From: an uncultured Ruminococcus sp.
GTDB lineage: Bacteria > Bacillota > Clostridia > UBA1381
DNA length: 42,203 nt
Reading direction: 5' to 3'
NCBI GenBank assembly: GCA_902796445.1
Contig: CADBPJ010000010.1
Coordinates: 1-42,203, forward strand
Shown: piece by piece, positions 8,988 to 17,947 of the stretch
How the letters are laid out: each line of letters starts with the position of its first letter
How positions within the stretch are numbered: position 1 is the stretch's first letter
Notes under the pieces: generated by a model
What the model was told of the DNA's origin: nothing
What the model saw: the letters and a program-made list of their open reading frames with translations, nothing else
Databases searched by the model: none
Program-made: the position numbers and the translations under genes

Positions 8988-9503
8988 ATGGAAAATTTAC
9001 TTGAAATAGGAAAGATAGTGAACACACACGGTCTGCGTGGTGAGGTCAAGGTAGTGCCCTGGACAGACTCGCCTGATGATTTTTGTGATGTGTCTTTTGT
9101 ATATATAAAAAATAAAAATGAATATAAAAAACTTACTATTGACGGAGTTAAGTTCCAGAAAAATAACGTCATAGTCAAGTTTAAGGAATATAATGATATA
9201 AACGAAATTTTACCCTTTAAAAATGCGGTACTCTATGCTGACCGTGACGATTTGGGTGAGTTGCCTGAGGGTGTATACTATATTGTGGACCTTATCGGTC
9301 TTAAGGTATACACAGAGGACGATGAATATATCGGCGAGATTACAGATGTATTTAATGCAGGTGCATCAGACATATATGATGTAAAGCGTGATGGCAAGAA
9401 AAATCTGCTTTTGCCTGTTATTGACGAGGTTGTAAAGTCTGTCGATATAGAAAACGGCAGAGTAACTGTAAATGTAATGGAAGGTCTTGATGATGAGGTT
9501 TGA
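8988..9503 (+). CDS. rimM: 16S rRNA processing protein RimM
   Basis: LEIGKIVNTHGLRGEVKV N-terminus and a PRC barrel C-terminal part. Located upstream of trmD. Confidence 0.92.
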   Translation: MENLLEIGKIVNTHGLRGEVKVVPWTDSPDDFCDVSFVYIKNKNEYKKLTIDGVKFQKNNVIVKFKEYNDINEILPFKNAVLYADRDDLGELPEGVYYIVDLIGLKVYTEDDEYIGEITDVFNAGASDIYDVKRDGKKNLLLPVIDEVVKSVDIENGRVTVNVMEGLDDEV

Positions 9504-10239
9504 TGTTTTAACGCTTTTTCCTGATATGTTCAAATCCGTTCTTGGTAATTCCATAATAGGCAGAGCGGAAAAAGCAGGACTTATAGAGCTTAACTATATA
9601 GATATACGTGATTTTACACTTGATAAGCACAGAAAAGTTGACGATACTCCGTACAGCGGTGGAGGCGGTATGCTTATGAGTGCCGAGCCTGTATATCGTG
9701 CATATATGTCAATCGCAGACGGACTTGACTATAAGCCGTATACAGTTTTTATGTCACCTGCGGGCCGTGTGTTTGATCAAGACGTTGCAATAGAGCTGTC
9801 AAAGCATAAGCATATTATATTGCTTTGCGGTCATTATGAGGGTATAGACCAACGTGTACTTGACGAAATAGCAGATGCTGAAATTTCACTTGGTGATTTT
9901 GTAATGACAGGCGGTGAAATCCCCGCAATGGCAATAATTGATACTGTAGCAAGACTTATTCCGGGCGTATTATCAAATGATGGCTCATTTCAGAATGAGT
10001 CGCATTTTCAAGGTTTATTGGAGCATCCGCAATACACAAAACCGCGTGTGTGGCGCGATATGGCAGTACCTGATGTACTGCTGTCGGGGGACCACAAGCT
10101 GATATATAAATGGAAGCATGAGCAATCTCTGTTACGTACACTTAAAAATCGCCCCGATATGTTAGAAAAGGCATGGCTGACAGACGAGGATACTGCATTT
10201 TTAAAACAGGCGGGAAAGGACACATCAAATGAAGATTAA
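9493..10239 (+). CDS. trmD: tRNA (guanine37-N1)-methyltransferase TrmD
   Basis: MRFDVLTLFPDMF, DDTPYSGGGGMLM and LLCGHYEGIDQRV. Start taken at ATG 9493 (RBS GGAAGG 8 nt upstream). It overlaps the rimM stop. Confidence 0.95.
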   Translation: MRFDVLTLFPDMFKSVLGNSIIGRAEKAGLIELNYIDIRDFTLDKHRKVDDTPYSGGGGMLMSAEPVYRAYMSIADGLDYKPYTVFMSPAGRVFDQDVAIELSKHKHIILLCGHYEGIDQRVLDEIADAEISLGDFVMTGGEIPAMAIIDTVARLIPGVLSNDGSFQNESHFQGLLEHPQYTKPRVWRDMAVPDVLLSGDHKLIYKWKHEQSLLRTLKNRPDMLEKAWLTDEDTAFLKQAGKDTSNED

Positions 10240-10600
10240 TGTGACAAAGAAAGTAAAGGTAATAGTCTTTTCAGTAATTGCTGTTATTGCACTTTCGTTA
10301 GGTTTATACCTGGAATGTTGCGATAAGAAGGAATTTGTTATATCTTCTGTGCCAAATCAGATTGATAAAAGTGACATTGAGAATAAATCGCACTATGATG
10401 ATGAGGGCAGACTCGATATAAATCTTGCCACTATCGAAGAGCTTATGGAGCTCAAAGGCATAGGCGAGGTTCTTGCACCGCGTATTGTCAATTACAGAGA
10501 AGAGCGCGGACAGTTTATGGCAGTCGAGGAATTGACACTCGTTCCAGGTATAGGTTATAAGACACTCAATAACAACAGAGAATATATATGTGTTCGCTGA
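10229..10600 (+). CDS. ComEA-like membrane-anchored helix-hairpin-helix DNA-binding protein
   Basis: N-terminal TM segment VIVFSVIAVIALSLGLYL. The C-terminal region INLATIEELMELKGIGEVLAPRIVNYREERGQF..VEELTLVPGIGYKTL forms a double HhH, as in the ComEA C-terminal domain. Confidence 0.7.
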   Translation: MKINVTKKVKVIVFSVIAVIALSLGLYLECCDKKEFVISSVPNQIDKSDIENKSHYDDEGRLDINLATIEELMELKGIGEVLAPRIVNYREERGQFMAVEELTLVPGIGYKTLNNNREYICVR

Positions 10601-10610
10601 GAGGATAAAT

Positions 10611-11732
10611 ATGGATTTAAACGAAATTATTAATTCTGCAATAGCTGAGGGTGTTATAAAACTCACCATGAGTAAACCCAATTCCAATGCAGAGTACAGA
10701 AAAATAACAGTTTCTAAAACTGATAAGGGATATTTTGCGGAGCAGTTTACCGATAAGCAGGTATTTCATAAAATAATTGAAGATTTGTTGGAGTATCTGA
10801 AAAGCCTGTCAGATAAATATTTGCAGATTAACATATGGACAAGTGGTTTTGAACATATAGTCTTGATTTCAAAAAAAGGAAATGTATCGTATAAACGCAA
10901 GGCTACGAAAACTGCCCCTAAATCAAAAACGCATAACCGTAAAAAGAACTATCTCATTGAGGAGGGTACGGTTGTACCGCCGTTGGTGGATATGGGAATA
11001 TTCACAAAGGAGGGCAAAATCGTACAGTCGATGTACGATAAATTCCGCCAGATAAACAGGTTTTTGGAACTTATTGATGATGAGATAAAAAATAAATCAT
11101 ATAAAGAAATCAACATAATAGATTTTGGGTGCGGTAAATCGTATCTTACATTTATTGTGTATTACTACCTGACCGAAATTATGAATATTAAGGCGAACAT
11201 AACAGGGCTTGATTTAAAAGCAGACGTAATAGAAAACTGTAACAAATCAGCACAAAAATACGGCTATAGCGGTCTTACATTCAAAATCGGTGACATAAAC
11301 GGATATAAATGTGATAAAAAACCTGATATGGTTATCACCCTCCACGCTTGCGACACTGCAACGGATTATGCACTGTATAACGCAATGGAATGGGGAGCAG
11401 ATATGATATTCTCTGTCCCATGCTGTCAGCATGAGCTAAATTCACAAATTAAGAGCGACAAACTTTCAATCCTTACACGTTACGGAATAATCAAGGAACG
11501 GACAGCCGCACTTATGACCGATGCAATCCGTGCCAATATTCTGTGGTACAAGGGCTATAACACACAGCTATTGGAATTTGTGGATATGTCCCATACACCA
11601 AAGAATATTCTTATCCGTGCAGTGAAATCGCAGATACCGCAAAAAACTAAGGATAGATACTTAGCAGAGGCGGAAAATCTTATAAATGAGTTTGGATTTA
11701 ATCCTACATTGTATAGACTTATACAAAAATAA
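10611..11732 (+). CDS. Class I SAM-dependent methyltransferase (Methyltransf_32-like) with an uncharacterised N-terminal domain of about 150 aa
   Basis: IIDFGCGKSYLT is SAM-binding motif I. It is followed by GLDLK and DMVITLHACDTATD. Start placed at ATG 10611 (RBS GAGAGGA 6 nt upstream). The track ORF begins at 10590. Confidence 0.7.
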   Translation: MDLNEIINSAIAEGVIKLTMSKPNSNAEYRKITVSKTDKGYFAEQFTDKQVFHKIIEDLLEYLKSLSDKYLQINIWTSGFEHIVLISKKGNVSYKRKATKTAPKSKTHNRKKNYLIEEGTVVPPLVDMGIFTKEGKIVQSMYDKFRQINRFLELIDDEIKNKSYKEINIIDFGCGKSYLTFIVYYYLTEIMNIKANITGLDLKADVIENCNKSAQKYGYSGLTFKIGDINGYKCDKKPDMVITLHACDTATDYALYNAMEWGADMIFSVPCCQHELNSQIKSDKLSILTRYGIIKERTAALMTDAIRANILWYKGYNTQLLEFVDMSHTPKNILIRAVKSQIPQKTKDRYLAEAENLINEFGFNPTLYRLIQK

Positions 11733-11738
11733 GGATGT

Positions 11739-11793
11739 AAAAAACAGCGCCGACCTTTTATCAATGCCGTCAAGTGGTCGATGCTGTTTTTTT
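11739..11793. terminator. Bidirectional terminator between the convergent methyltransferase and ABC exporter genes
   Basis: AAAAAACAGCGCCGACC (11739-11755) pairs with GGTCGATGCTGTTTTTTT (11776-11793), with one mismatch. A-run and T-run flanks allow function on both strands. The loop is about 20 nt, which is large. Confidence 0.55.
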
Positions 11794-11810
11794 ATATCCC
11801 AATTTTGATG

Positions 11811-13589
11811 TTAATTCGTACTCTCCAGCATATCCTTAAACAATCCATCCTCGTGCGACAGTGCATCAAAACTGCCTTGCTGTACAATTTCTCCCTTGTC
11901 AAAAACGAGTATCTCATCAACGTTTTGAATAGTAGTAAGTCTGTGTGCAATAATAAGCACAGTGTGTGATGCCATAAGCTCGTTAATAGCATTCTTAATA
12001 TGATGCTCCGAAACGTTATCAAGAGCAGATGTAGCTTCGTCAAATACAAGTATTTCGGGTTTGCAAAGTACGGCACGTGCAATGGCGATACGTTGTTTCT
12101 GACCGCCTGACAGACCAAATCCGCCGTCACCTACAATCGTGTTCCAACCCATTTTAAGTTCGTTGACAAACTCATGGACACGTGCAATTTCCATAGCACG
12201 CATAACCTCCTGCATAGGTGCATCAGGTGCGGCAATGCGGATATTATTAATTATGCTCATCTGGAATATAAACGGGTCCTGGGGAACAATACCGATATTT
12301 TTTCGTAAATCATGCAGGCTAAATCGCTTTATATTACAGTTATACATAAGAATTTCGCCGTCATCAATCTCATAAAGTCGCATTAAAAGCTTTGTTATTG
12401 TACTTTTACCGCTTCCCGATGAGCCGACTATACCATAACTCTTATTGCGTTCGAATTTGCAATTAAGTCCTTTGAAGATTTTTCTATCGTCATATCCGAA
12501 TACTACGTCTTTAAATTCAATATATGGTGCATTTGAATATATTGCCGATGCACGTTTTTGTTTGGGGTTATAGTAAACTTCGTTCTCAGGTGTCTGCGAT
12601 TTTTCTGTCATTATGCTGTTTATGCGATCAAGACTTGCTTCTGCGTTTGAACGCATAAGATTTATTGTAAAGATAGAATTGAGTCCGCTCATAATAATTG
12701 ACATAGAACTAACGAATGCGGTAAGCTCACCTATGGAAAGTCCTCTGTAAATACAAGAGAACGCACCTACGAGGTATACAAGCGCAATACCTGCATGTTG
12801 AACAAATTCGGGCTTGGTGTTTTCGAGCCATTGTGTGAATGAAAGAGTTATACCCTTTGATTTTAAGTCATTCAATTTTTCTTTAAATTCTGTATTTATT
12901 TCGTCCTCTATAGCATACATTTTAACGGCACTGCTACCATGTAAAATATCATCGGTAAACTTGCTTGCTTCAGACTCGCATTTTATAAGGTCGCCCGATA
13001 AACGCCGTATTTTTTTTCGTGAATGGTAATTCAAAAGCATTGCAACTGTAAGAGCTACAATCATAACCGCAGTAAGCAACCAATCGTATGTAAGCATGGC
13101 ACTGACAGAAATAACCATAGAGATTATTTGTGTCGGCACTTGCATTGAAAACTGATTAAGAAAGTTCTTTAGGTTTGCCATTGGTGTTCCGAACAGATAA
13201 TTAAAAAGTTCACCCGATGAGTTCTTATCATGGAAACGCATACACAGTGTCTGAACATGTTCGAAGAACTTCGATCGTATGTTAAACAGGAAACCTTCTA
13301 TACCGATAAGCATATTCTTGTATCCCACACCCCATAATACCATTTGCATAATATGTGCGGAAATATATAAGATACAATAGAACACTGCCGTTTTAAGTCT
13401 GTCAATTTCAGACAGTGCAGTATTTGTGATACCGTCATCTATTATGTACTTTATAAGTATGGGTTTAATTGCAAGGCACATACCCACAATAAGTGAGAAA
13501 CTCATTGCAATAATGAAATTCTTACGATGATTCGATGCATATTCAAAAATGCTTTTCCAAAAGTGTTGCTTAGGTTTTTCCTTTTTCAT
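11811..13589 (-). CDS. ABC transporter, fused permease and ATP-binding protein (exporter type, MsbA/multidrug-like)
   Basis: Six-TM N-terminal half. Walker A GSSGSGKST, signature LSGGQKQR, Walker B ILVFDEATSALD. Start moved to ATG 13589 (MKKEKPK; RBS GAGGTG 6 nt upstream). The track ORF starts at GTG 13598. Confidence 0.9.
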   Translation of the reverse strand: MKKEKPKQHFWKSIFEYASNHRKNFIIAMSFSLIVGMCLAIKPILIKYIIDDGITNTALSEIDRLKTAVFYCILYISAHIMQMVLWGVGYKNMLIGIEGFLFNIRSKFFEHVQTLCMRFHDKNSSGELFNYLFGTPMANLKNFLNQFSMQVPTQIISMVISVSAMLTYDWLLTAVMIVALTVAMLLNYHSRKKIRRLSGDLIKCESEASKFTDDILHGSSAVKMYAIEDEINTEFKEKLNDLKSKGITLSFTQWLENTKPEFVQHAGIALVYLVGAFSCIYRGLSIGELTAFVSSMSIIMSGLNSIFTINLMRSNAEASLDRINSIMTEKSQTPENEVYYNPKQKRASAIYSNAPYIEFKDVVFGYDDRKIFKGLNCKFERNKSYGIVGSSGSGKSTITKLLMRLYEIDDGEILMYNCNIKRFSLHDLRKNIGIVPQDPFIFQMSIINNIRIAAPDAPMQEVMRAMEIARVHEFVNELKMGWNTIVGDGGFGLSGGQKQRIAIARAVLCKPEILVFDEATSALDNVSEHHIKNAINELMASHTVLIIAHRLTTIQNVDEILVFDKGEIVQQGSFDALSHEDGLFKDMLESTN

Positions 13590-13609
13590 AATGAACACCT
13601 CATTTGTAT

Positions 13610-13623
13610 GGGAAATATTTCCC
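13610..13623. promoter_or_regulatory. Perfect 14-bp palindrome in the 5' leader of the ABC exporter gene
   Basis: GGGAAATATTTCCC lies between the predicted -10 element and the RBS of the exporter. Confidence 0.35.
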
Positions 13624-13637
13624 TGAAATTTAGTTGT

Positions 13638-13666
13638 AGTATAGCACTATGAACATCGTTTGTCAA
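13638..13666 (-). promoter_or_regulatory. Sigma-A type promoter of the ABC exporter
   Basis: The minus strand reads TTGACA (13666-13661), a 17-nt spacer, then TATACT (13643-13638). Confidence 0.5.
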
Positions 13667-13687
13667 TACGTTTTGAAAAATAAAAAA

Positions 13688-14794
13688 TTATTTTTTTAGA
13701 CGCATTTTTTGCAGTTTGTCTTTACGTGTTTTGTGAAAGGAGTTAATGGTCATAATTATGAAAAATGTCAGTATACATAATGCAATAAACATAAATGCAA
13801 AATACATAGAAAATGACATTGATAACGGCTTTTTGACAGGTGAAAATACAGGCTGTACCTTTGCGAAGAATAATACTATTGCTGTGATAGCTGAAGCAAT
13901 AATCCCATGCAATGCTTTCCCTAAAATATACGGTTTTAGGCTTAGTCCGCTATCAGCAGTTACCGACATAACCTGTAGATGTACACTTAACCCCGAAAAC
14001 CCTACAATAAACGATGTAAGAATAAGCTTTAGTGTTATATCCTCACGAAGTAACGAGATATTAAGTACGCCTGTTGAAAATTCGCATAGTCCTGTTGCGA
14101 TTGCGTTAAGTATAGGTGAGATGGGAAACAGCTCTAATAGTGTCTGTGCTATTGCAGAAAAGAATATAACAGAAAAGCATACAGTAAGAATGTTTTTAGA
14201 CGAAGCTTCAAGTGCGAGTGTAATAGCTTTGGAGATAGGTACATCATTTGTATTTATAAGGGTAGGCGGTGAGTTATGCTTTCCCTTGCCGTAGCCTCTG
14301 AAAATAACACCTACAATTATTGACGAGGTTATATGTATTGCATAGAGAACAATCCCGTAAAGGGGTTTTAAGTAAATAGCCGTACCGATTGCCCCGATTA
14401 TAAAAAGAGGTCCTGAATTATTACAGAATGAAAGCAGACGTTCTGCTTCAATCTTAGAAAGATTACCGCTTTTGTATAAGTCCTTTGCGCACACTGCCCC
14501 CAAGGGAAACCCGCTTAAAATCCCTAAAATGAACGCAACAGCACCTGCAGGGGCAACATTAAACAGAGGACGCATTATTCTTTCGCTGTATTTTGAAATG
14601 ACCTCTGCAAAGCCTGAATATATGAGCAGAGCTGAACACACAAAAAAGGGAAACAATGAGGGTATTATTATTTCATAACACATATCAAGCGTTTTTTGCG
14701 TATAAAATATAATCCTTTCCGAGCGGGAAATAATCAATCCTATGATGGACAATACGGATATGTAAAATAACTTCTTCTTCAAATCTATGACCAT
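13688..14794 (-). CDS. ylbJ: Sporulation integral membrane protein YlbJ (nucleoside-recognition/Gate-domain family)
   Basis: 368 aa polytopic membrane protein with the ...IIPSLFPFFV... and ...GFPLGA... patterns typical of YlbJ-type proteins. RBS AAGGAG is present. The family call is from memory and should be confirmed by HMM. Confidence 0.7.
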   Translation of the reverse strand: MVIDLKKKLFYISVLSIIGLIISRSERIIFYTQKTLDMCYEIIIPSLFPFFVCSALLIYSGFAEVISKYSERIMRPLFNVAPAGAVAFILGILSGFPLGAVCAKDLYKSGNLSKIEAERLLSFCNNSGPLFIIGAIGTAIYLKPLYGIVLYAIHITSSIIVGVIFRGYGKGKHNSPPTLINTNDVPISKAITLALEASSKNILTVCFSVIFFSAIAQTLLELFPISPILNAIATGLCEFSTGVLNISLLREDITLKLILTSFIVGFSGLSVHLQVMSVTADSGLSLKPYILGKALHGIIASAITAIVLFFAKVQPVFSPVKKPLSMSFSMYFAFMFIALCILTFFIIMTINSFHKTRKDKLQKMRLKK

Positions 14795-14812
14795 TAACTC
14801 CTTTCACAAAAC

Positions 14813-14925
14813 CAAGTTGGGAAAAGAGAAGCAAGCAGGTCGCATTTTTCGGCGGGCGAGACTATACGTGTGTATGCGAGTACGACGAAAAGTGCGAGAT
14901 GCGCCGCTTACCTTTTTCCAAACTT
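14813..14925. repeat. GC-rich imperfect inverted repeat of about 113 nt in the divergent ylbJ/yqfC intergenic region
   Basis: Arms: AAGTT.GGAAAA (14813-) pairs with TTTTCC.AACTT (-14925). AAGC (14833-14836) pairs with GCTT (14906-14909). CGCATTTTTCG (14841-14851) pairs with CGAAAAGTGCG (14886-14896), 11 bp with one G-U. Local GC content is clearly higher than in the AT-rich flanks. Confidence 0.4.
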
Positions 14926-14944
14926 ATCACCTATATATTTATAT

Positions 14945-14974
14945 TCATTAATCTTTTAAAATACGCATATAAAT
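14945..14974 (+). promoter_or_regulatory. Candidate sigma-E-like sporulation promoter for yqfC-yqfD
   Basis: TCATTAA, 14-nt spacer, CATATAAAT, compared with the B. subtilis SigE consensus (approximately TCATATT-N14-CATACAAT). yqfCD is SigE-dependent in B. subtilis. The match is partial. Confidence 0.25.
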
Positions 14975-14995
14975 TAGTGTTTGGGGTGATATGGC

Positions 14996-15274
14996 GTGAA
15001 AAAAATACGTAATATGATAGCAGAGAAATTATCCTTGCCAAAAGATGTTATTCTTGACCTACCTCGTATTTCCGTATGCGGTGATAGGGAAATATATATA
15101 GAAAACCACAAGGGGATAATGGAATATAACGATAGCTCAATACGGATAAAAACCGATAAAGAAGTTGTGCATATTAATGGCTCCGAGCTTAGAATTATTG
15201 TGCTTAAAAGCGACAGAATGGTTATAAATGGCGTATTTGAAAGTGTTGATTACGAAAAAATCGGGAGAAAATAA
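14996..15274 (+). CDS. yqfC: Sporulation protein YqfC
   Basis: 92 aa. LPKDVILDLPRISVCGDREIYIENHKGIMEYNDSSIRIKT is the typical YqfC pattern. GTG start behind GGGGTG. Followed by yqfD. Confidence 0.85.
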   Translation: MKKIRNMIAEKLSLPKDVILDLPRISVCGDREIYIENHKGIMEYNDSSIRIKTDKEVVHINGSELRIIVLKSDRMVINGVFESVDYEKIGRK

Positions 15275-15278
15275 AAAA

Positions 15279-16475
15279 ATGTTAAAAAATACCTTTAAAT
15301 TTCCGTTGGGATATGTTATAATAGAAGTAGTAGGCAAAAATAAAGAACGGTTTTTGAATATGTGCCTTACGCATCAATTCAGGATTTGGGAGGTACAGCC
15401 GCAGGCTGACGGATTTGTTATGAAAATGGCAAGCGGTGACTTTTTGCAAATCCGTCCTATTGTGCGTAAAAGCGGTGTTTCTGTAAAAATTATATCAAAG
15501 CATGGGACAGGTCGGTTTATAAAAAAACACAGACAGAGAGTTGCATTCCCTATAGCCGGGCTGTTTGTATGTGTTTATTTTATACTTGTGCCACGATATA
15601 TATGGTGTGTAGAAATAGACGGGGCAAGAAATGCAGATACTGATAAGATTATTGAGATCTTAAAGGATAAAGGTGTGTACATAGGTGCATCAAAAAAGGA
15701 TATAGCAGACCTTACGGAAATAAAGAATGCGGTGGTTTTCGGCGAGGAACGTGTTAATTGGGCGTGGCTCTATATAGAAGGGGCAAAAGCAAGACTACAG
15801 ATACAGGAGGGGGATATGCCTCCTGCTGTAAAGGATAAGACAACACCAACATCTATTATAGCATCAACAGACGGATTTGTGCGTATCGCAGAAGTAAAAC
15901 GAGGCGAACGCAGAGTTGTAACGGGTGATGCTGTAAATAAAGGTGATATTTTGGTATCTGGTAAGGTTTCGGTTTTTCGTGAGGGTGATCCCGAAAAATA
16001 TTCGTATGTAAATTCTGATGCACGTATTATTGCCGATACAATCCGAACCGAGGAAGGAATATTTACCGATAAGGAAATATTAAGGATAAAAACAGGTAAT
16101 AATAAAAAGAGAATTTCCATAGAACTTTTCGGTAAGGAATATAACCCTTTTGGCACAGGCGAGGATATATTTGAAAGCTATGATATTGTAACAAAGAATT
16201 ATGATGCTGCGCTTCCCATATTCGGTTATCTCGGTTTTGGGATAAAATTAAACACAATAGAAGAGATAAACGAGTATGAAAATACACTTACAAAGAACGA
16301 AGTCCTCTCACGTGCTAAAGAGGTGCTTGAAGAACGGATAATGAAGAATGTGGGAAAGGAAGCCGAGAAAACAGATGAACAGCTTACATACAGTGAAAGC
16401 GGTGGAGTATATACCGTAAGGCTGGTAATGAATTTCAGAGAAGATATAGGTATTAAAATACCCCAGGAGGAGTGA
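15279..16475 (+). CDS. yqfD: Sporulation protein YqfD (stage IV-like)
   Basis: GYVIIEVVGKNKERFLNMC N-terminus, a central TM segment, and a C-terminal domain. Conserved yqfC-yqfD-phoH order. Start set at ATG 15279, just after the yqfC stop. The track ORF is extended to 15228. Confidence 0.85.
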   Translation: MLKNTFKFPLGYVIIEVVGKNKERFLNMCLTHQFRIWEVQPQADGFVMKMASGDFLQIRPIVRKSGVSVKIISKHGTGRFIKKHRQRVAFPIAGLFVCVYFILVPRYIWCVEIDGARNADTDKIIEILKDKGVYIGASKKDIADLTEIKNAVVFGEERVNWAWLYIEGAKARLQIQEGDMPPAVKDKTTPTSIIASTDGFVRIAEVKRGERRVVTGDAVNKGDILVSGKVSVFREGDPEKYSYVNSDARIIADTIRTEEGIFTDKEILRIKTGNNKKRISIELFGKEYNPFGTGEDIFESYDIVTKNYDAALPIFGYLGFGIKLNTIEEINEYENTLTKNEVLSRAKEVLEERIMKNVGKEAEKTDEQLTYSESGGVYTVRLVMNFREDIGIKIPQEE

Positions 16476-16480
16476 ATGTA

Positions 16481-17452
16481 TTGACAAAACGAATGATAGA
16501 GATACCCGAAAATATAGAGGTGTCGGAGCTTTTCGGACAGTTTGATTCAAATATGAAGCTGATCGAAAAGGCATTTAATGTAAGTATATCTCTGCGTGAG
16601 GACGGTGTGCGGATAACGGGTGAGGACATAAGCATAGACCGCGCAGGAAATGTAGTGCATATGCTTATTACTATGCTTGCGGATAACGAAAAAATTGACG
16701 AGCAGAAGATAATATACGCAATTTCAGTTGAACAGGAGGGCGGCGGAATTGATGTTTCAAAGCTTGGCTCAGACTGTGTTGCGATAAATGTTAAGGGTCA
16801 GCCGATTAAGACAAAGACCTTCGGACAGAAAAAATACGTTGAGGCAATAGATAAGAACACAATAGTGTTCGGAATAGGCCCCGCAGGTACGGGTAAGACA
16901 TATTTAGCTGTTGCAAAGGCGGTTACGGCTTTAAAACGTCGTGAGGTAAGCCGTATTATTTTAACACGTCCCGCAGTTGAGGCAGGTGAAAAGCTTGGTT
17001 TCTTGCCCGGTGATTTGCAAAACAAGGTAGACCCGTATTTAAGACCGCTCTATGACGGAATGTATGAAATGCTTGGCGGTGAAGGCTTTTTGCGGTATCA
17101 GGAACGAGGTGTTATTGAGGTTGCACCGTTAGCATATATGCGCGGACGTACACTTGATAATTCGTTTATCATACTTGATGAGGCCCAGAACACGACACCT
17201 GAGCAGATGAAAATGTTTCTTACACGTGTGGGTTACGGCTCTCACGTTATTGTAACGGGCGATATTACCCAGATTGACTTGCCGGGTGATAAGAAATCGG
17301 GACTGAAGGAAGCAATGAAAATTCTTGGCGGAATAGAGGGGATCGCGTTTTGTAAGTTTACGGAAAAGGACGTTGTAAGACATCCGTTAGTACAGGAAAT
17401 TATAAAGGCTTACGCAAGGTATGACGAGCAAAAGGCGAGAAGGAACAAGTGA
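16481..17452 (+). CDS. phoH: PhoH-like ATPase (PhoH/YbeZ)
   Basis: Walker A GPAGTGKTYLAV, plus LPGDLQNKVDPYLRPLYD and FIILDEAQN. The start is ambiguous among GTG 16472, TTG 16481 and ATG 16493. TTG 16481 has the best spacing to AGGAGG. Confidence 0.9.
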   Translation: MTKRMIEIPENIEVSELFGQFDSNMKLIEKAFNVSISLREDGVRITGEDISIDRAGNVVHMLITMLADNEKIDEQKIIYAISVEQEGGGIDVSKLGSDCVAINVKGQPIKTKTFGQKKYVEAIDKNTIVFGIGPAGTGKTYLAVAKAVTALKRREVSRIILTRPAVEAGEKLGFLPGDLQNKVDPYLRPLYDGMYEMLGGEGFLRYQERGVIEVAPLAYMRGRTLDNSFIILDEAQNTTPEQMKMFLTRVGYGSHVIVTGDITQIDLPGDKKSGLKEAMKILGGIEGIAFCKFTEKDVVRHPLVQEIIKAYARYDEQKARRNK

Positions 17453-17455
17453 GAA

Positions 17456-17947
17456 ATGGTAGAATTTATATTAGAAAACGAAACAGATGAAGAAATCTCA
17501 AATGAACAGATAGACGAGCTTAATCGTGTCTGCTGTGAGATTATGAAGAATGAAGAATGTAATTTTGATGCAGAGATAAGCTTTACCTTTACCGATAACG
17601 AGGGTATACGAGAGATTAATCGTGAGTATCGTGATATTGACAGGGCGACAGACGTGCTTTCGTTTCCGATGCTTGAGTTTAATGACGATATAGAGGATGC
17701 AGAGTATGAAACGGAAAACGGATTGGTAATGTTAGGCGATATAGTAATATCAATAGAGAGGGCAAGAGAACAGGCAGAGGAGTTCGGACATTCATTACGC
17801 CGTGAGCTTGCGTTTTTGACAGCACATTCTATGCTTCACCTTTTAGGCTATGACCACGTTGATGATGCCGTAGGTGAAAAAATGATGATAGAAAAACAAG
17901 ACAGAGCATTAAACAATTTAGGAATAAAGAGGGAAATAGATGAATAA
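17456..17947 (+). CDS. ybeY: rRNA maturation endoribonuclease YbeY
   Basis: Zinc motif HSMLHLLGYDH, plus ATDVLSFP. Confidence 0.93.
   Translation: MVEFILENETDEEISNEQIDELNRVCCEIMKNEECNFDAEISFTFTDNEGIREINREYRDIDRATDVLSFPMLEFNDDIEDAEYETENGLVMLGDIVISIERAREQAEEFGHSLRRELAFLTAHSMLHLLGYDHVDDAVGEKMMIEKQDRALNNLGIKREIDE

Noticed and set aside
13746-14294. 182-aa plus-strand ORF inside ylbJ. Similar shadow ORFs occur at 5810-6361, 36445-36879, 36994-37365, 38831-39130 and 39401-39853.
   Set aside because: All of them overlap well-supported genes on the opposite strand. They lack an RBS and conserved motifs, and they have skewed, low-complexity compositions.
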